A stretch of DNA of 63,930 bases, the filler included, from Octopus bimaculoides (Eukaryota): the NCBI RefSeq assembly GCF_001194135.2. It is 6 parts of 5 records of this genome, joined end to end, with 100 filler letters (N's around TTAATTAATTAA, not from the genome) between each part and the next. Parts side by side here need not be neighbours in the genome. Positions count along the whole stretch, not along the records: positions 62,798 to 63,930 come from NW_026365042.1; 5 more parts are not named here. The stretch is one strand, 5' to 3'. Below are positions 62,698 through 63,930 of the stretch, piece after piece. The stretch's first letter is position 1; each line of letters starts with the position of its first letter. The notes under the pieces were generated by a model, which was not told the DNA's origin, did not search any database, and saw only the letters and a program-made list of their open reading frames with translations. The position numbers and the translations under genes were made by a program.

Positions 62698-63463
62698 NNN
62701 NNNNNNNNNNNNNNNNNNNNNNNNNNNNNNNNNNNNNNNNNTTAATTAATTAANNNNNNNNNNNNNNNNNNNNNNNNNNNNNNNNNNNNNNNNNNNNTAC
62801 GTACTTCCACCATTATTGACATTTGCAATATGATGTTGTAATAACTCGCAGGCGAATAAAGTAAAAATCTATAGATATTTGTAAAACTTAACAATATTCA
62901 CTTTCAGTGTAAATTCTTACTTGCTGTTTATTTTCAAACCCAGCATGCTATTTAGTATTCTTTGATAGTTTTGAGGAAGTGCACAGAGACCACTTAACTA
63001 ATAATCGTAAAGTTTCAATGGAATGAGATGTTAAGTGTATTTTTCCCTCCGAATTTGTTTTAGAATAGATTTATACACACTCTGTGTTGAGGAAATTTTG
63101 GTTGATATTCTTTTAACGTCGATTTCTTGTATTGGTTGATACATGGGCTCGTAATCTTTAATAATGGTCATATGATTACACAACGTGTAGGTACCATGGG
63201 GACGTGAGGCTTGGAGCTTTATGAACCAGCAGCATTATAAAACATACAAGTGTTTAGTTCAATAAAAACGTATGCGATTAATTTCGCCGTCTCCCTGTGT
63301 GTTTTCGTCATCACCGAACCACGTATCAAAACAATTACTTGGGTAGATTTGAATGAGTTCGAATGAAACCCATGGAACGTATCGGCAATTAATGCCACAG
63401 GCAATCATGATTACAAAATCATCATCATCCTCATCTTCATGACCATCATCAGCATCATCACCA

Positions 63464-63499
<36 letters not shown>

Positions 63500-63503
63500 G
63501 ATG

Positions 63504-63536
<33 letters not shown>

Positions 63537-63930
63537 GTTGTTGTTGTTGTGGCTGTTCTGCTATTGTTATAATCATTAATATTAATATTACTAATATCAG
63601 ATAGTCTTATTCGATAATCTGATTAATTAATTAAAATACAACCCCAAACCAGAAAGATATTAATATAGCATATCATATTAATTAATGTAATAAGCTGAAA
63701 GCAATAAGATATTAATATATGATATAGCTTACTGCCAGAATATTTCTTATCGAACATCACCATTCAATAGGAATCAATATCAAAACTTAAAATCCCTCTC
63801 AGAAACCAGAAGAAAAGCAAGGGAAAGCAGCAGAATGCTATGGAAACAATTCATACGGAACATTGAATTATAAAATTAATAACAACAACAAGAACAACAA
63901 CAACAATAATAATAATAATAATAATAATAA

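Overview
Eukaryotic, AT-rich, microsatellite-dense draft-assembly sequence with many N gaps and five TTAATTAATTAA join markers. The SINE/RTE/Penelope repertoire and the spacer style suggest a coleoid cephalopod, probably Octopus (inference). No prokaryotic features, rRNA, true tRNA or CRISPR were seen. One host coding exon is well supported: 4240-4401 on the minus strand, phase 1/1, AG...GT, encoding part of the cyclic-nucleotide-binding-homology domain of a CNNM metal (Mg2+) transporter. The other CNNM exons were not found. A second, strongly spliced candidate exon lies at 47394-47490 (+). The rest is a nested landscape of degenerate mobile elements: about seven Penelope-like (GIY-YIG) fragments (two with minimal hammerhead-like motifs), a pogo/Tigger transposase relic, RTE and CR1-type LINEs, REL-endonuclease LINE tails sitting in (AAT)n or (CATA)n microsatellites, three tRNA-like SINE families and Helitrons. 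A Merlin-like MITE carrying TTAGGG repeats is nested in one Helitron. The most unusual unexplained objects are a 1.5-copy ~279-bp repeat whose conserved unit folds into a pseudoknotted RNA with hammerhead-like words (25237-25648), several near-perfect fold-back structures, and a complex CpG-rich island at 37.1-37.7 kb. All pairings and translations were read by eye; no database searches were run, and element boundaries are approximate unless a TSD or TIR is quoted.
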